From Octopus sinensis (taxonomy: Eukaryota), in NCBI RefSeq assembly GCF_006345805.1, contig NC_042997.1, positions 55,862,001 through 55,926,000 on the forward strand: a DNA stretch of 64,000 nt, read 5' to 3'. A model generated the notes under the pieces. The model saw nothing but the letters and a program-made list of their open reading frames with translations, was not told where the DNA came from and searched no databases. The position numbers and the translations under genes are program-made. Positions 12,301-26,619 of the stretch are shown here, one piece after another (the stretch's first letter is position 1; each line of letters starts with the position of its first letter).

Positions 12301-13679
12301 TATATTATCGAGTAAAAAAAAAAAGGAAAATTCGACATTGCCTCATGGGTACCTTTCTACGAGGAATGTGGATCAGGATTTTTTTCTTTTTTGTTGCGAG
12401 GACATCTACTACTTTCGAATATAATTTACAATTTTTTTCAAGCCAAGTTAATGTTTCATGTCTTATGTACTTAAGTATCATGTGACTGAAGTTGATCACT
12501 GGCTCCATGGATACTGTTATTTATTAATGGATTTACTTTGCTTACATGCAATGAGCAGGCTCAATTTGAATTTTCTAATGCTTCAAGTAAAATTAGAAAT
12601 GTCATTTAAAATATAATTTTTCAGCAATGTTTTCGCTACTGTCTGGCTATCCCGGAGAGATTTATCTATCAACTGATTAACGTTTCGGAAGTCTGAGATA
12701 AATATTGTAATATATCGCTACTGTTTATAATTTACAATGATTATAAACTGTAATAAATGCTGAAATCTGTTGTAGATTGAAAAAGTACTTGCGTTAGTTG
12801 TAAATTATATACATGGCATTATTTTGTTTGAGGGTCAATCTTTATTTGTAACCGTGCACACAATACCTGCCTTGCGGAATTCTTAGTAGAAAGTAGTTAA
12901 ACGACTCTAGTGTAGTACTTATATGACTTGCTCAAGACACTTCTGTACAACTGTAGTGCAATGTTACACTGCAATACTGTGTACTAAGATATGACTTGAG
13001 ACGGCGCTCCTCAGTATTCTACAGGATTTTAAGCACTTAAGTTCCTTACTACACGACAGTTCACAGTAATGTGCACATAAGTATCTGTCAAGGGAATTCA
13101 TTTGGACTGTTTTTGCCTCTAGGTTGTCCTACATTGCAATAAACATTTACCTTACTGGTCCTTGTAATTAACTTCTGTAGATCTTATTTTGTTTCTGTGA
13201 AACATTCACCTGAAACGTTGCTCCGCATCAAGCACCAAGTTGTTCTTTTTCTTTGCAAAGTATATATTTCAAAATTTTTACTATCATGATGTACCAATTA
13301 TTAGAATACGAAATCATTTCCTTGGTAAATTTTCTATTAAGTTTAAAACTATGTTTAACCTTTGCAAAAGCTACTTCTATGTTTACAAATTAGAGATTTG
13401 ATATCAGACTAGGTAACATGTTGCATAGCTTTAAGAATAATGAGAATCATTTTTATTTTTCTTACATTACTGAAGTTATGCTATTTTGTAGATTCGTTCT
13501 GAGATAGACATTTCTTTGGTGGAGCACTTGGGTTAAGAAGTCTCTATATTTATTTTACTGACTACTAATATGATTTGGAGCACTATTTCTGAATATAAAT
13601 TGTTATTTAATGCTAATACTATTTTCATGAGATATGTGTCATCTATTGGTTAAGTATAGATGTCTTAACCATGTTTTCT

Positions 13680-13703
13680 TATCTAGGATATTTAACGCTC
13701 TTC

Positions 13704-13762
<59 letters not shown>
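13680..13762. repeat. (CT)n microsatellite
   Basis: Direct reading. Confidence 0.96.
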
Positions 13763-13767
<5 letters not shown>

Positions 13768-13789
13768 TAGACAAAATCATTCCTTTGAG

Positions 13790-14225
13790 AATTGAAGTTT
13801 TTGACAATAATCTTTCCATGTTATCTTTCATTGGGTCTAATGGGTTTAAACTCAGTTTTCAGAACGGCTAGTAGTTAAGAATCCCAACACTGGTGTATAA
13901 CAGAGAATTTGCTGTATCATGTCCTGCATGGAAGGTATCCCTGCAAATACATCTGACGGACATTCCTGAAGCCTATAACAATTTGTCTTTTGTATGATAG
14001 CTTCCAATTTCTAGACGTCTTCCCTTCTTAGATTTACTATTTATCAAGAGGATCCATTTACTAATAAAAAAAAAAAAAAACAAATCTAACACCCAAGCTT
14101 TTCACAAATATTCGAGGTCTTTTTAATCTTTCTGTCAATTTTTCTTTTGTTCGATATTTCCCAATACAAAATTCTCCTGAACACCAACTGCAAGTACCTT
14201 CTCCAATCCCTTTTCTCCGGCTCAC
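13790..14225 (-). mobile_element. Degraded non-LTR retrotransposon RT fragment
   Basis: FVKSLGVRF resembles RT domain 7 (K-Y/S-LG); many stops. Confidence 0.35.
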
Positions 14226-14231
14226 AGGTCT

Positions 14232-15238
14232 ACACTTAGTGTGGTACCATCCACTCTTGCAACGTACGCAACTTCACCCATCTGTCAATGAATTCATCCG
14301 AGGACAGCATCTCCTTTCACACTCTCACTTTCCTTTTCAAGTAGAGCTTGTAAAAGTCGATGAGAGCTCTACCAAAGATGGATGTCTTTGTCCTCATACT
14401 TTTCAACCTCGTCCATCAGACAACCTCTTTTGCCACCTCTACTGGACAAAAACATGTCTTACGTTGCAATCATCCCTATGGACACGGCTGATAGACGGAA
14501 CCGTCCCACACTTGACAGCAGCTGTTCGACGTAACATCACAGGTCAACAATGCCGGGACATTGAACAAAAGCGTGTAGTGATTCCGTCACTCTGAGCGCA
14601 CCTTGGACAAGCCCATCTGACAGTAAGTCCGCGCCTGTAGAATTTATGTATTGCTAAAGTGGAACATCCACCGATCCCGTTGTCAGACTGGTAGAGGCCG
14701 AGAGAGCCTGAAGGTATTCTAGGTGCCAGGTGTCTCGGTTTTTCATTTACCCAGGGCTTCAGCTCCGTCAAGGACACGAACTGCGGAAAAACGTTCCACA
14801 CAAATGGAGCTCCAGAAATCGTTACAAGTGACGCAATGCAGAGTATGTTGGCAGCAGCCCGACAACCTGACCAATGTAACACGTTCCTTCTACAAGAAAG
14901 TAAATAAAAGAGGTTCCAGTCTGGTCAAACAGTGACTGAGACAAGACAGGACGGTCAGGTTTTAAATGGTGACGAAAGGGATGTAGGCATTCGCCATCTC
15001 TACCCGACCTTTCAGGGACAGCTTCCTTTAATCACATTTCTGGGTAAGACTGGCTATTCTGTCCATTACCTTGCCCCAGTTCTGATCCACCTGGAGAACG
15101 GGACTGAATCAGACCCCGAGCAGTTTAACTAGTCCGTCAGTCCAGCGTCCAACGACGCTGTCCGGCAGTATTGACCTGCCTCTCCAACTGCAAGGCCACC
15201 GACTTGACAGCGTTGATTTTGGCCATGCAACTGATTCA
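14232..15238 (-). mobile_element. Tx1 (L1 clade) LINE ORF2 3' fragment, older copy
   Basis: Colinear with 19543-21207: DSVVGRWTDGLVKLLGV, RKLSLKGRVEMANAYI; multiple stops. Confidence 0.85.
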
Positions 15239-17274
15239 TATTCCTTTAGAATGCTCAGACCTATCATGAAGTATTCTTTACAAGTGTTTACCTTTCTCGG
15301 ATATCATTCGTGAAGCCACAACATTGGATGTTGATCTCAAAGATATCTTTATGAATGGAGTCTATCAGATATTCATTTTTGTTCTTGTTCCTTTTTCTTT
15401 TTAACTCAGAATTATTACGCATATATGTCAACATTAAATTACGTATGTTCAAGAAAAAGGTCGATAAGTGTCGGAGAAAATGTCTTGAAGTATTTAGCTG
15501 TGTTTAATTTTGTTCAAAATTCCAATGGCACCGAAGTTCCATTTTGCTTTTCATAGTTCTAAGTTCGACTAAAAACCACCTAATCCTGGAGTTCGTTTAA
15601 TCTACTATTCTCGTACGACATATTTGTAAATTTGTATTCGTACGTTAGAGAACATTATCGCCAACAAATTGAATCATAAGAAACTTTAATGCATGATTTG
15701 GGGGCAGGGGTTCATTATTTTACGCCGTTTTATCATTACATTTCAAACATTGATCTCTGTCTAAATTGCAACGTTGTATGACTCTCCTATAGTATAGATT
15801 CTTATAACTGTACTCCGAGACGGAAACAACAACTTCATGCCATTCAGTCCCACGAAATATTGCAATTGCTTTTTTTTATTACCTTCTCAATTTTTAATTA
15901 CGACAAGTTTGGAAGGAGATACGTTTGCAACTATCATTCATTGTTATCGTTACGAGAAGTCACAAATTAAGTTGCGCTCTTACGGACTCTGTCCCTTTTT
16001 TATCTCTTGTATCGGAAGCTTTATTTTTAATCAGATTGCTCCACAAAAGTGTGGGTCGTAAGTACTCTGACTCACATTCTATACACACTCAAATACACAC
16101 GCACACATACACACACTTTCGCTTCTACACATATAATATTGACCTCAATTTTCCTTAATTTTCGGCAGTTAGGCATGATCCACACGTATGTGAGACATCA
16201 CCTGCAACATTAGAACCACATTTGTCAACAGAATCTTCGAAAAATACCGTTAGACCAAGTCATAGTCAGTACACACATAAAACAGCAACTCTATATCCTT
16301 TTCTATTTATTAATAAGAGGTAGTTAAATAAAACCCTAAAAGTTACAACAAATTTTACGCTTCACATCTGATCTTTCATGGTAAACAAATATCTACATTG
16401 CTAAAACTGCATTCGAAAGGCTATGCTTCGACAGAGAAAGAATTTTTGATCCTGAATTAAGCGCGGAGAGAGCAGAATAGAGCATTGCTCACATTTCTGT
16501 TACGGACACGAATATTCTAAAACTCACTCATAAAAGGACACCCGACTGAATTAACAAAAATTCTCCAACATTCTACAATCAACAAATTCAACACTACAGC
16601 AATACTACAGCAGTTCTTGCTTTAGAAATAGCGATTCATTTATCCATCCCCACCCCCATATATCTTCCTAAAACATCAGCCGATTTCTTTGTTTCTTTCT
16701 TATCTTTTCCTTTAGTGGAAGGGGTCGTCCCCACTTTGTGTACCGTACTTCACACTAAATGAGGACCAAGTCATAGCAATACTTTTACAACCCAGTTGAT
16801 TAGGGACGCATATTAATCCTTGGCTGGTAGACATAATCCGTTGCCGGGATTAACGTCACCACCTGAATCATGGATGCTTTAGTGAAGTTCATACTCTTGC
16901 AAGCATTCAGACCAGACTTCCGGTATGGGAATGCCTTCTTGCTTCCTCCTCCTAGCAGCCTCAAAAGCCCGATGAAAACTCATGGACACTGACCTCTCCT
17001 AACTAAAAGACAAAACAAAAGTTTCCTGATTCATATGTTTTCCCTGCAGGAAATTTATGAGCTCTTATCTATCACCTCTTAATCAAAGATTGCTTCTATA
17101 TATATTTAATACCTCGATTTACATTAGCAAACATCTTTTTGTTTTATTTTTGCTATAAATACAACGCTTACAAATTTGAGTTGGACCATGTGACATTTTA
17201 CCACTTACCATCAAAAGTTCACAACTTTCAATGCTTCACTCAAACTCACAGCTAATATGAATCACATGAATGAT

Positions 17275-17868
17275 GATGATCATCATCATTGTTCGACCGT
17301 GGTCGAGACAATGGAATTTACTATGTTACGCCAGACTTCACGGTCTATCATAGCATTACGGAGGTCCTGTTGCTGGATGCCTGTATCCCTGGAGATTACA
17401 TCAGGATAGGAGAGTGTGCGCCCTCTGGTATTGCGAGTAGATGGCTTCCAGAGGAGAAGAGTAGAAATTACTTCTTTTTCAGCTCTACAACAATGTCCAG
17501 CAAACTGGACTCTCCTACCTTTCACAAGAGATGACACAGGTGGTAGTTTCCCATATATTTGCATTTTGGTTGGATGGCGCTTCCACGAGAGATTTTGAGC
17601 TCTCATAAGGAGACGAGTGTAGGTTCCATCCAACCGCCTCTCAAGCTTCTTTGATAACGTCCAGGTTTCTGAGCCATATAGTAGAATTGGTTCGACTGTG
17701 GCTTTGAATATTTCAAGTTTGAAGTCTCTACTTAGATTTGATGACCAGATCTTATGCATGTCATTACAGGCTGACCAGGCCATACCCTTTCTAGTTAGAA
17801 AGTCTTTTCCAGATGATGATATGTATGACCCAAGATATTTATAATCAGAAACCATATTTAAAGGCGCG
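17275..17868 (-). mobile_element. RTE-clade LINE, 5'-truncated, young
   Basis: Open 189-aa frame YKYLGSYI...PILLYGSETWTL...RRVQFAGHC...DREVWR; (TGA)n tail; 10-bp TSD catgaatgat at 17265-17274 and 17869-17878. Confidence 0.92.
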
Positions 17869-18809
17869 CATGAATGATAATACTCATTGCTATACGGAAT
17901 AAAAGTACTGCTTAACTGACGGAATCCAGTCTTCAGCTGTTATCAGTAAAGGCGCTGTATAATTGATGAATGTTCCGTTAATTTGGCAAGAAATCTTGTC
18001 ATGGATATTTATATACCACTATTCTGAATAATCTTAGTCTGAATTGTTCCGTAACGAAAATCCCTTCAGTTGGGTCCCCACGACTTGTGGATCACAAGTT
18101 TAAAACCTAAGCAAATGTACAGATGAATGTCTTGAAGAGAAAAAAATAAATATCTTAATGATTCTGCACTATTACTTTCTTCAGCAATCAGATTACAAGA
18201 GCTTTGTCTTCCGCTTTAATACCAGCTCTGAAGCCAGTCTCCATTCACGTGGAGTTAATGAAGAGGAGAACTATGATACATAAACCATTTGTATCATTGA
18301 GAGCTCTTACGTTTCTGTTTTATTTATCCGTGTAGGCCAATGCTTTATCTGGAGAATTGAGCTTTCAGCTACAACAGACATATTCTTTCTATTTTCCCTA
18401 TAGTATCGAACATTAAAACTCTACAATGCTATCGACCTCTTACACGACCCGACTGGGAACGGTCGTTAAAAAGCAAGCCAGCGTCATGTCTTCTCTGGAG
18501 ACTCGCATAACAAAATTAATTTTTACCTTGACAGGTTTAAAGTACAGATTTATAAGCGTTTTTATAATTTTCTTCTGAACCTCGGAGAATCTCTCACATT
18601 CTCCATCCTCTACCTCACCCATTATTTAGTTATCTAATTCTCTCGGTATTATATATTCTCTGTATCACTCTCAGTCTCTTTCTCTCTTTCTCTCTCTCTC
18701 TCTCCCTCTCTCGCTCACTTTCTGTCTAATTCTCTCAGCTTTCATCTTTCTATCTTTCTCTTGCTTATATATATATATATGCATGTATGTATTTCTCCTC
18801 CATGTCTCA

Positions 18810-18869
<60 letters not shown>

Positions 18870-19166
18870 CGCTCGCTCGTCTATCATTTTTCTCACTCTT
18901 ACTTTTTCTTTCAAAAGGAGACACGTTCACACAGTGTTATCGCCATTCTCTCACGCACCACCCGTTGATTCAGTCACGCAGACTCTTCCACGCATTCCCC
19001 CTCTTCCCTCTCTTTGGCTCCCTCCCTCTCTTCCCCCTTCTCTCTCTGCATGTATGTACGTGTACATACATACTCATACGGAAGCATGCGTGTACATACA
19101 AATATGTGTGTAGCTGTGTACAAGTACACGTATAAATACATACATACATATATACATACATTATAT

Positions 19167-19220
<54 letters not shown>

Positions 19221-19399
19221 AAAAATATGGTAAAGTAAAAGAATTCACTTCACCGCACACCGAACTTTTCAGAAATAGCAGCCAAAAATTTGGCTATTTC
19301 TTCAACTGCAAATAAAAGTCTCCAGACAATGCATACTCAGAAAAATAACTCACATAGGTATAAGGGAAAAACAATGAAAGATCACATCCATATACGATA

Positions 19400-19461
19400 C
19401 CCGAGGACAGTCTGTTTCTGGATTTGTGGGTAAAACGCCACTTTTCCTTCATCAGCTCAGA
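19400..19461 (-). ncRNA. Minimal type I hammerhead ribozyme motif
   Basis: TCTGAG-CTGATGA-A-GGA aaa GTGG loop CCAC aaa TCC-A-GAAAC agact GTC-CTCGGG: stem I with G-U pairs, GUC cleavage triplet. Confidence 0.65.
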
Positions 19462-19542
19462 GATTTCTTCTGATTTAGATTTGAAAATACTAAGAATCAA
19501 ACATACCCGTCCGATATCTGTAACATCGGACAAACCATGCCC

Positions 19543-21207
19543 ATTTCTTTATTACCCACTAGGGGCGACATAGAGAACACATACAATCACGAATGATGAA
19601 AAAAATAATTATGAACATTTGGGGTCGGTTAAAAATCGGAAATGAATAATAAATCGAATGGTTACACAATAGACACAATTAACAAAATTACAAGAAGCAG
19701 TGGGGCGGGTTCGCGACCCCATGCTCCCCGCCACGACACTTAGCCTTGTGGTTTCCTTTTTCTTCCTATCTCACATTTGTGAGGGATCTTTTACTCTCCA
19801 CATTTTTCCATCTTTCATCAAACACTTTCTTACTCAGGCTCCTTCTCTCCAGTTCTATATGTCTTTTCAGGTGGAATTTAAAATATACCACCAGACTTGA
19901 ACCAGAGATGAAGTCGCCTGTTATCATTCCTTTCATCCTTGTCTTCCATACTACCTGTTTCGCAGTTGAAACCACGGCGAGAAAACAAAACTTACCTTCT
20001 TTCGTTAAGAAATCAGGTGGGCTGATTTTTACAATAGATCGGCTGATAGCTGTACTCTTCGTTCACCTGACATTAGTTGTTCGGCACAATCCCACATATC
20101 TTTCACCCCCGAACACTGCACGATCGCGTGCGAGACGGTTTCCCGTTCTCGCCCACACCTCGTACAGGTCGGGCTGACTTGGCAACCGTGCCTTGCAAGC
20201 TTGTCCCGAACAGGTAAGGCTCCTCGGTAGCACTGCCAAGCCAAAGACTTCTGGAAATTATCCAGTGTCTTCGGCCCGAATGTACGTTGGAACAGACTGG
20301 CCAGCTGATTATCGTCGAAACCTAGGGCTTCCCCTAGCGTATCATCGTTACCGGCCTCTACAAACCCTCTATAAACACAGCGGTAGAACCACTGCCGCAG
20401 GCATTACCCGAGCGACGGAATAGTCGGAGTGCCTTGCGACACTCCGTATACCACGTACCCAACTTCGATCTGCGATTATACCAGTCCTCCCGGCCACCGA
20501 AACTGGTAAACCTGGGGAACATCTGTTTCGCCAGCGGAGACCACACCCGTTCACTACCCAGATGGAGCCACAGGTGCCTTAGCCTCAGCGCATTTCTGCG
20601 CATCATTAGCCACGGCATCCCTAGTCCACCCTGTAACGGTTTTTGACAGCAGACAGAGCGTCTCACAAGCGGTTTCGAGCCCTTCCACAAGAAGCGAAAG
20701 AGCTGTCTCTCCAACTTGATCAACCACGAATCCGGGCAAGGCACGACGGCAAGGCGGTAGGTGATCACCGATGCTATAAACACATTGGCCACCTCCGCCC
20801 TACCTTTCAAGGATAACCACCGCCAAGACCAAATCTTGACTATTGCAGCCACCTTGCTCGATACCTCGCTCCAGTTCTTCTCTATTTGGAGGTCCGGACC
20901 GAACCAAACCCCGAGCAACTTAATCGGGCCCTCCGTCCAACGTCCCACGACGCTGTCTGGAGGCATCGACTTGCCTCTCCAGGTGCCGAGTTGCAAGCCG
21001 ACCGACTTTTCACGATTAACTTTTGCTCCTGTCACCGTCTCGTAAACCTCTATGGCCTTGCCTACTTTACGTAGGTGGTCCACTTCAGTCACGATGATAG
21101 TGATGTCATCCGCGTACGCCGAAACCGACATATCACGTCCTGGTTGCCTCGGGATGCCGCTCAGTCTTCGCAGCAGCGGCTCCAGGGCCACTACATACAA
21201 AAGCGGG
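19543..21207 (-). mobile_element. Tx1 (L1 clade) LINE, 5'-truncated within the RT, with 3' UTR
   Basis: 280-aa open frame YVVALEPLL...SAYADDITI...KLLGVWFG...QGGLGMP; zinc knuckle CTRCGRERETVSHAIVQC; 3' end gcccctagtgggtaataaagaaat. Confidence 0.92.
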
Positions 21208-21403
21208 GAGTATGCATTGTCTGGAGACTTTTATTTGCAGTTGAAGAAATAGCCAAATTTTTGGCTGCTATTTCTGAAAAGTTCGGTGTGCGGTGAAGTG
21301 AATTCTTTTACTTTACCATATTTTTATAAATTAATACTTCAAATATACCGTAAATGGTCTTTACATACCGAATACTGCTTGGTCGAATTTATTAACAATT
21401 AAT

Positions 21404-21434
<31 letters not shown>

Positions 21435-21488
21435 TATATATACATACTTACATACATACATACATACATACATATACATACATACATA

Positions 21489-21583
<95 letters not shown>

Positions 21584-21620
21584 TGGTTTCAACATCCGTA
21601 TTTCAATATATTTTTCTATG

Positions 21621-21837
21621 TAAGGCGGCGAACTGGTAGAAACGTTAGCAACGCCGGGCGAAATGCTTAGTTGTATTTCGTCTGTCTTTACGTTCGGAGT
21701 TCAAATTCCGCCGAGGTCGACTTTGCCTTTCATCCTTTCGGGTCGATAAATTAAGTACCAGTTGCGAACTGGTGTCGATCTAACCGACTGGCCCCCTCCC
21801 CAAAAATGTCCGGCCTTGTACCTAGAGTAGAAAAGAA
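21621..21837 (+). mobile_element. tRNA-derived SINE family A, full length
   Basis: taaggcggcgaactggtagaaacgttagc...ggccttgtacctagagtagaaaagaa; near-TSD atatattt(tt)ctatgt on both sides. Confidence 0.9.
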
Positions 21838-22094
21838 TATATTTCTATGTGTATTATTCCATGTCTATGGAACTTATACATTTTGTAATAACACCACTTG
21901 TGCACTCTGCCCATTACATAACATGATATATACATGGAGTTGTGTTTTGGTTTAAGTTTTCAGAGTATTCTTTTATCTATCTATATCTGTTTGTGTGTAT
22001 GAATATATATATATATTCACACACCACTCACACATATACATGTATGTGTGTATATATGTATCTATCAATACTGACATATGTATACATATGCATG

Positions 22095-22125
<31 letters not shown>

Positions 22126-22691
22126 CTACATACACACACACATACACACACACTCACACAAATACATGTGTGTATATATGTATGTACATATCCATAATTA
22201 AATATGTTTACATATGCATATATATATATATATATACACACAGACACTTATATATACACACATGCACACACACATATATATGTGTGTGTGTATATATATA
22301 TATGCATGTATGTATGTATCACATATACGTATGCGTGTTATGTATGTGCATATTTCTATGCAAATATATATGTATATATATGTGTGCGATACATGTGACG
22401 CATACATATATGTGTGTGTGTGTGTATGCGTGTGTGTATTTGTATGTATGTATGTTTGTACGTACACACATACACACACACACAGTTATCCGCCCCCAAC
22501 TGTAAAATTGATCACGCAGGAGCTTCTTATAACTCTCGTATGTATCGCCCAGCGAATTACTTTCACAGGTTCTATCAATTTTAGACATGCGTAATCACAA
22601 ATACATTTCCTCTCTTCTCATACACTCTGTCTCACTTTCTCCCTCTCTTCCTCTCTCCATCTCTGTCACAATCTCTCTTTTTCTTTGTCCT

Positions 22692-22758
<67 letters not shown>

Positions 22759-22929
22759 CTAACTCTGGTTTTCATTCTATCTTTCTTCAACTCGTTTTCT
22801 CTCTCCTTACCACTCTTTTTTCGTCAACTACTAACGCTTCAGTCAATATTATCTGCTAATGCACGTTACTTCACAACACCTTAACATCTATTTATTGGAG
22901 TATTTATGTCTATCTGTCTATCTTTTTAC

Positions 22930-23760
22930 CTTTCAGTCTATCCATGGAACCCTGCTCAAAGAGCCGAAGATACTTTAGCACTACTCAGTAAGACCTATTT
23001 TAGCTGCTCACCAGTTATCTATTTAAATCCATATATGGTTATGGTACGTCTACACTTAAAATTTTCATCTCCAGTTTGGAACCCCCTTCTTGTCCAGAAT
23101 ATCGGTCTGCTAGAAGCTCTCCATAAATGTACAATCCCTTATCAGTCACCATATCTTGAAAATATTGCTTCTCTGCGCATTGACATTCTAACCCAGTGGT
23201 TCTCAACCGGAAGTCCATATGGCTCCTGAGGTTCCATATAAGATTTTTGGGTGTCCGAGCAACAAAATAATAAATTGAAGATCCTCAATATTATTTTAAG
23301 GACCCCTGAAAAAATTTTGCTTTACATGTATATATTGGTATGTATTGCAAGAAATGGCTAGGGTTCTTTCCCGAACATTTTACGTAGTTTAGCTTACACA
23401 CATTATTGTGTGAAAAACAAAATAGAAAATTTGAGAGGTATTAAGCATTAAATGGCTATGAGGTCCATCAGAATAAAACTGTAATCAAAGGGGGCCCATA
23501 GATAAAAAAATGGTCGAGAACCCCTGCTCAAAAGTGTCGACGCCCAGCGGCTGACTTGATAGAAGCCCACAGTATTATCCACCATCTTGCCAACAACAAA
23601 TTTTGGAAACATTTGTTCACGCTCGGAATTGTCGAATATCCATGGTTTGGCAGTGCTACTAGTTCGAGATAAACTGTTAGCGTTCGTTGTTAGCTGTCGC
23701 GAGAAAGCATCCTTCAACAATTCAGTACTTTCTGAAATTCACCAAAATTAGTCCTGACCG
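22930..23760 (+). mobile_element. CR1-type LINE 3' fragment split by a hAT MITE
   Basis: YMVMVRLHLKFSSPVWNPLL and, after the MITE, RRPAADLIEAHSII (cf. CR1 VRPHLEY..VWNP and RRLRGDLIE). Confidence 0.7.
23194..23526. mobile_element. hAT (Charlie-like) MITE
   Basis: TIRs cagtggttctcaacc ... ggtcgagaacccctg; the 8-bp flanks match only partly. Confidence 0.7.
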
Positions 23761-23934
23761 TTATTTTTTTTATGGCACTTTTAATGTTCATTTTTCTGGC
23801 GTTTCATATTTTAGTCTGTGCACTGTGCATGTACTTTTAGCTCTCATTGATGTCTTTCTTTACTTACCTTATTTATGCCGCTATCTGTCCTCTCTTTTAA
23901 CCTTTTCCGTCGAGTTGCATTGCATGCCGGACAA

Positions 23935-24072
23935 TATGCTTAGTGGCATTTCGTCTGTCTTTACGTTCTGAGTTCAAATCCCACAGAGATCGACTTCACC
24001 TTCCATTCATTCAGCGTTGATGAAATAAATACCAGTAACCGACACGTCCTCCCCATCAAAATTTCAGGCCTC
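23935..24072 (+). mobile_element. SINE family A, partial
   Basis: atgcttagtggcatttcgtctgtctttacgttctgagttcaaat...aaatttcaggcct. Confidence 0.75.
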
Positions 24073-24074
24073 TT

Positions 24075-24210
24075 TCTTCTTCTTCTTCTTCTTCTTCTTC
24101 TTCTTCTTCTTCTTCTTCTTCTTCTTCTTCTTCTTCTTCTTTTCTTCTTCTTCTTCTTCTTCTTCTTTTCTTCTTCTTCTTCTTCCTTTCCAAGTTCTTC
24201 GCCTTCTCCT
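24075..24210. repeat. (CTT)n microsatellite
   Basis: Direct reading. Confidence 0.96.
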
Positions 24211-24568
24211 TCCACGGCTGCTGCTGCTTAAACCATCAAATCTCAGAACAAAATATTTCTCTGCACCCATAGAAACTATTTTTCAGATCTACTACTACCT
24301 ACCGAGCCTTCACAAACGAAAAGGGGGAGAGAGACACAGAAAAAAGGAAAATCTCCTACCTATTTGAAGACTATGGAAATATTTACAAAACATTTCATTT
24401 AATTTTTTTCTTCAATTAACTGTTTTTCTAGTTGAAAAATTCGAAAAGACTGAAACCGTCACTAGCCATTACAAAATGTATTTCATGGTAAAATTATTTT
24501 AGCATTTTTTACCTTGTTTTATTTTCCTTATACATATCAACTTGTGTGTTACTTTTCAACTTTCTACG

Positions 24569-24595
<27 letters not shown>

Positions 24596-24601
<6 letters not shown>

Positions 24602-24876
24602 ATCACGTGACCGACCAGACCATCAGATGTTGTTACACATCGCTGGTCACAATGCGTTCGCATTGTTTTAGCCTTCGAATGACGCCACCCCGCTGGCTAA
24701 GCGAGCAGGGCAACAGAAGAAAGAGTGGGAGACAGAGTGGTGAAATAGTACAGCAGGGATCACCACCCCCTGCCGGAGCGTCGTGGAGCTTTTAGGTGTT
24801 TTCGCTCAATAAACACTCACAACGCCCGGTCTGGGAATCAAAACCGCTGCCCTAACCACTGGGCCATTGCGCCTCC
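24596..24876 (-). mobile_element. SINE head B + tail 3, inserted in (TA)n
   Basis: Head ggaggcgcaatggcccagtggttagggcagcgg as at 30877 (with a small internal deletion); tail nearly identical to 38372-38492. Confidence 0.88.
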
Positions 24877-24978
24877 ACTATATATATGTATGTATGTATG
24901 TGTATATATATATACACATATATACACATATATACACATACATACATACATACATACATACATACATACATACATACA

Positions 24979-25011
<33 letters not shown>

Positions 25012-25019
25012 TATTTATA

Positions 25020-25635
25020 TTATATGTCTGAACCCCACGCATCCTCTTCCAAGTAAGTTTTTTATTTTAATAATTCTGATGCGCTCTCTATACGATCTTA
25101 TTACTCTTTCGTTTTTCTCTCTTTCTTTCTCTTATTATTTTACCTCATCTTCTCCCATAATTCTATCCTATTACTCTGTCACTCTCTATTCCTCGCTCTT
25201 CCTCCCTTGTTCACGTCGCTCCCACGTAACCATCCGCCATCTTTCTTTCTTCTCCTAACTTTTTTGCCTTTGTCTCTGTTATAGCTGGAACAAGGAAGAC
25301 GTGTTCTTGTTTGTCCCTTGTCCAAGCTTGATTTACGCCCTTCCTGTTTGTTTTCACTGTCCTATTTGTGTTGCCAAATTTGACCCTCCGCAAAATCCTA
25401 AATTTTGTTTAATTTGCTTTGCGGGAGCAACTGTTTTATCGAAAGCGTATATTATTGTTAAATGCTCGAAATACGAGACTAGAAAAACAGCCAACAACTG
25501 ATGAAGGATCGTTCTTTATGTTGCTTGTTTTGTATTCCATTGGTGTCTTTTGTTGTTCGAAAGAATAGTTAATGTTCCATTTACTCGTGCTTCGTGAATT
25601 TTTGTACACGTTTCGTGATGTCCTGTGCCAACGTA

Positions 25636-25645
<10 letters not shown>
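25020..25645 (+). mobile_element. Penelope-like terminal repeat remnant (family b)
   Basis: Homologous to 30405-30730 (ttgaccctcc..aaatcc.aaatttt, gggagcaa, cagcc.acaactgatgaa); eroded hammerhead-like core near 25440-25475; flanked by TA-rich tracts. Confidence 0.5.
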
Positions 25646-25670
<25 letters not shown>

Positions 25671-25710
25671 GTATAGATGTAAGTATGTACATATACGTAT
25701 GTATATATGC

Positions 25711-25754
<44 letters not shown>

Positions 25755-25979
25755 ATGTATATATGCATATATACATATGCATATATATATATATATATAC
25801 AATTTATAACATATGATTGAACACCACGCATCCTCTTCCAAGTAAGTTTTATCTACATACATATATGTATACACACACACACGCGCGCACGCACATGCAC
25901 GCAAAAAGCGGAGGAGGCAGACATGCAGATAGTATATAGATAGATACATACATTCATATATACATACATAGAAAGGGAT

Positions 25980-26220
<241 letters not shown>

Positions 26221-26619
26221 TTTAGGAATGATACTGATATTGATAAAATTGTTTGACCGTTAACTTTTTTATCACTTTCATAGTAAATTTCACATCTGTT
26301 TCCTTTGTGTTGATTTTGAATTAGTATTTGACTATAAAGTTTCTATAGTCAATCTTTAACTTTTCGGTGAGAAATTCTATGCAAGATCGCAACATTATAA
26401 ACTAATGTTTTCTTTATCTATCTAGTATTGTTCTTTGTTCATAAATCATATAATAATGAAATGCCTCCTGGTCGAAAATATTTGGTCAATTAACGTAAAA
26501 AACAACTTCCACACTTACACTGAAAACTTTATGTCCCATTCGTAGTACTCGAATCAGTGATTTACTCCTATTCACATTTTGTATGACTCCAAACTTCTCG
26601 TTTCATACTTATATACATA

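Larger units (their letters stand above)
19213..21333. mobile_element. Fold-back Penelope-like insertion with identical 126-bp inverted arms (19213-19338, 21208-21333) enclosing a hammerhead and a Tx1 fragment
   Basis: Arms checked identical; (TA)n on the left; a 70-bp extension then (TA)n on the right. Confidence 0.85.
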
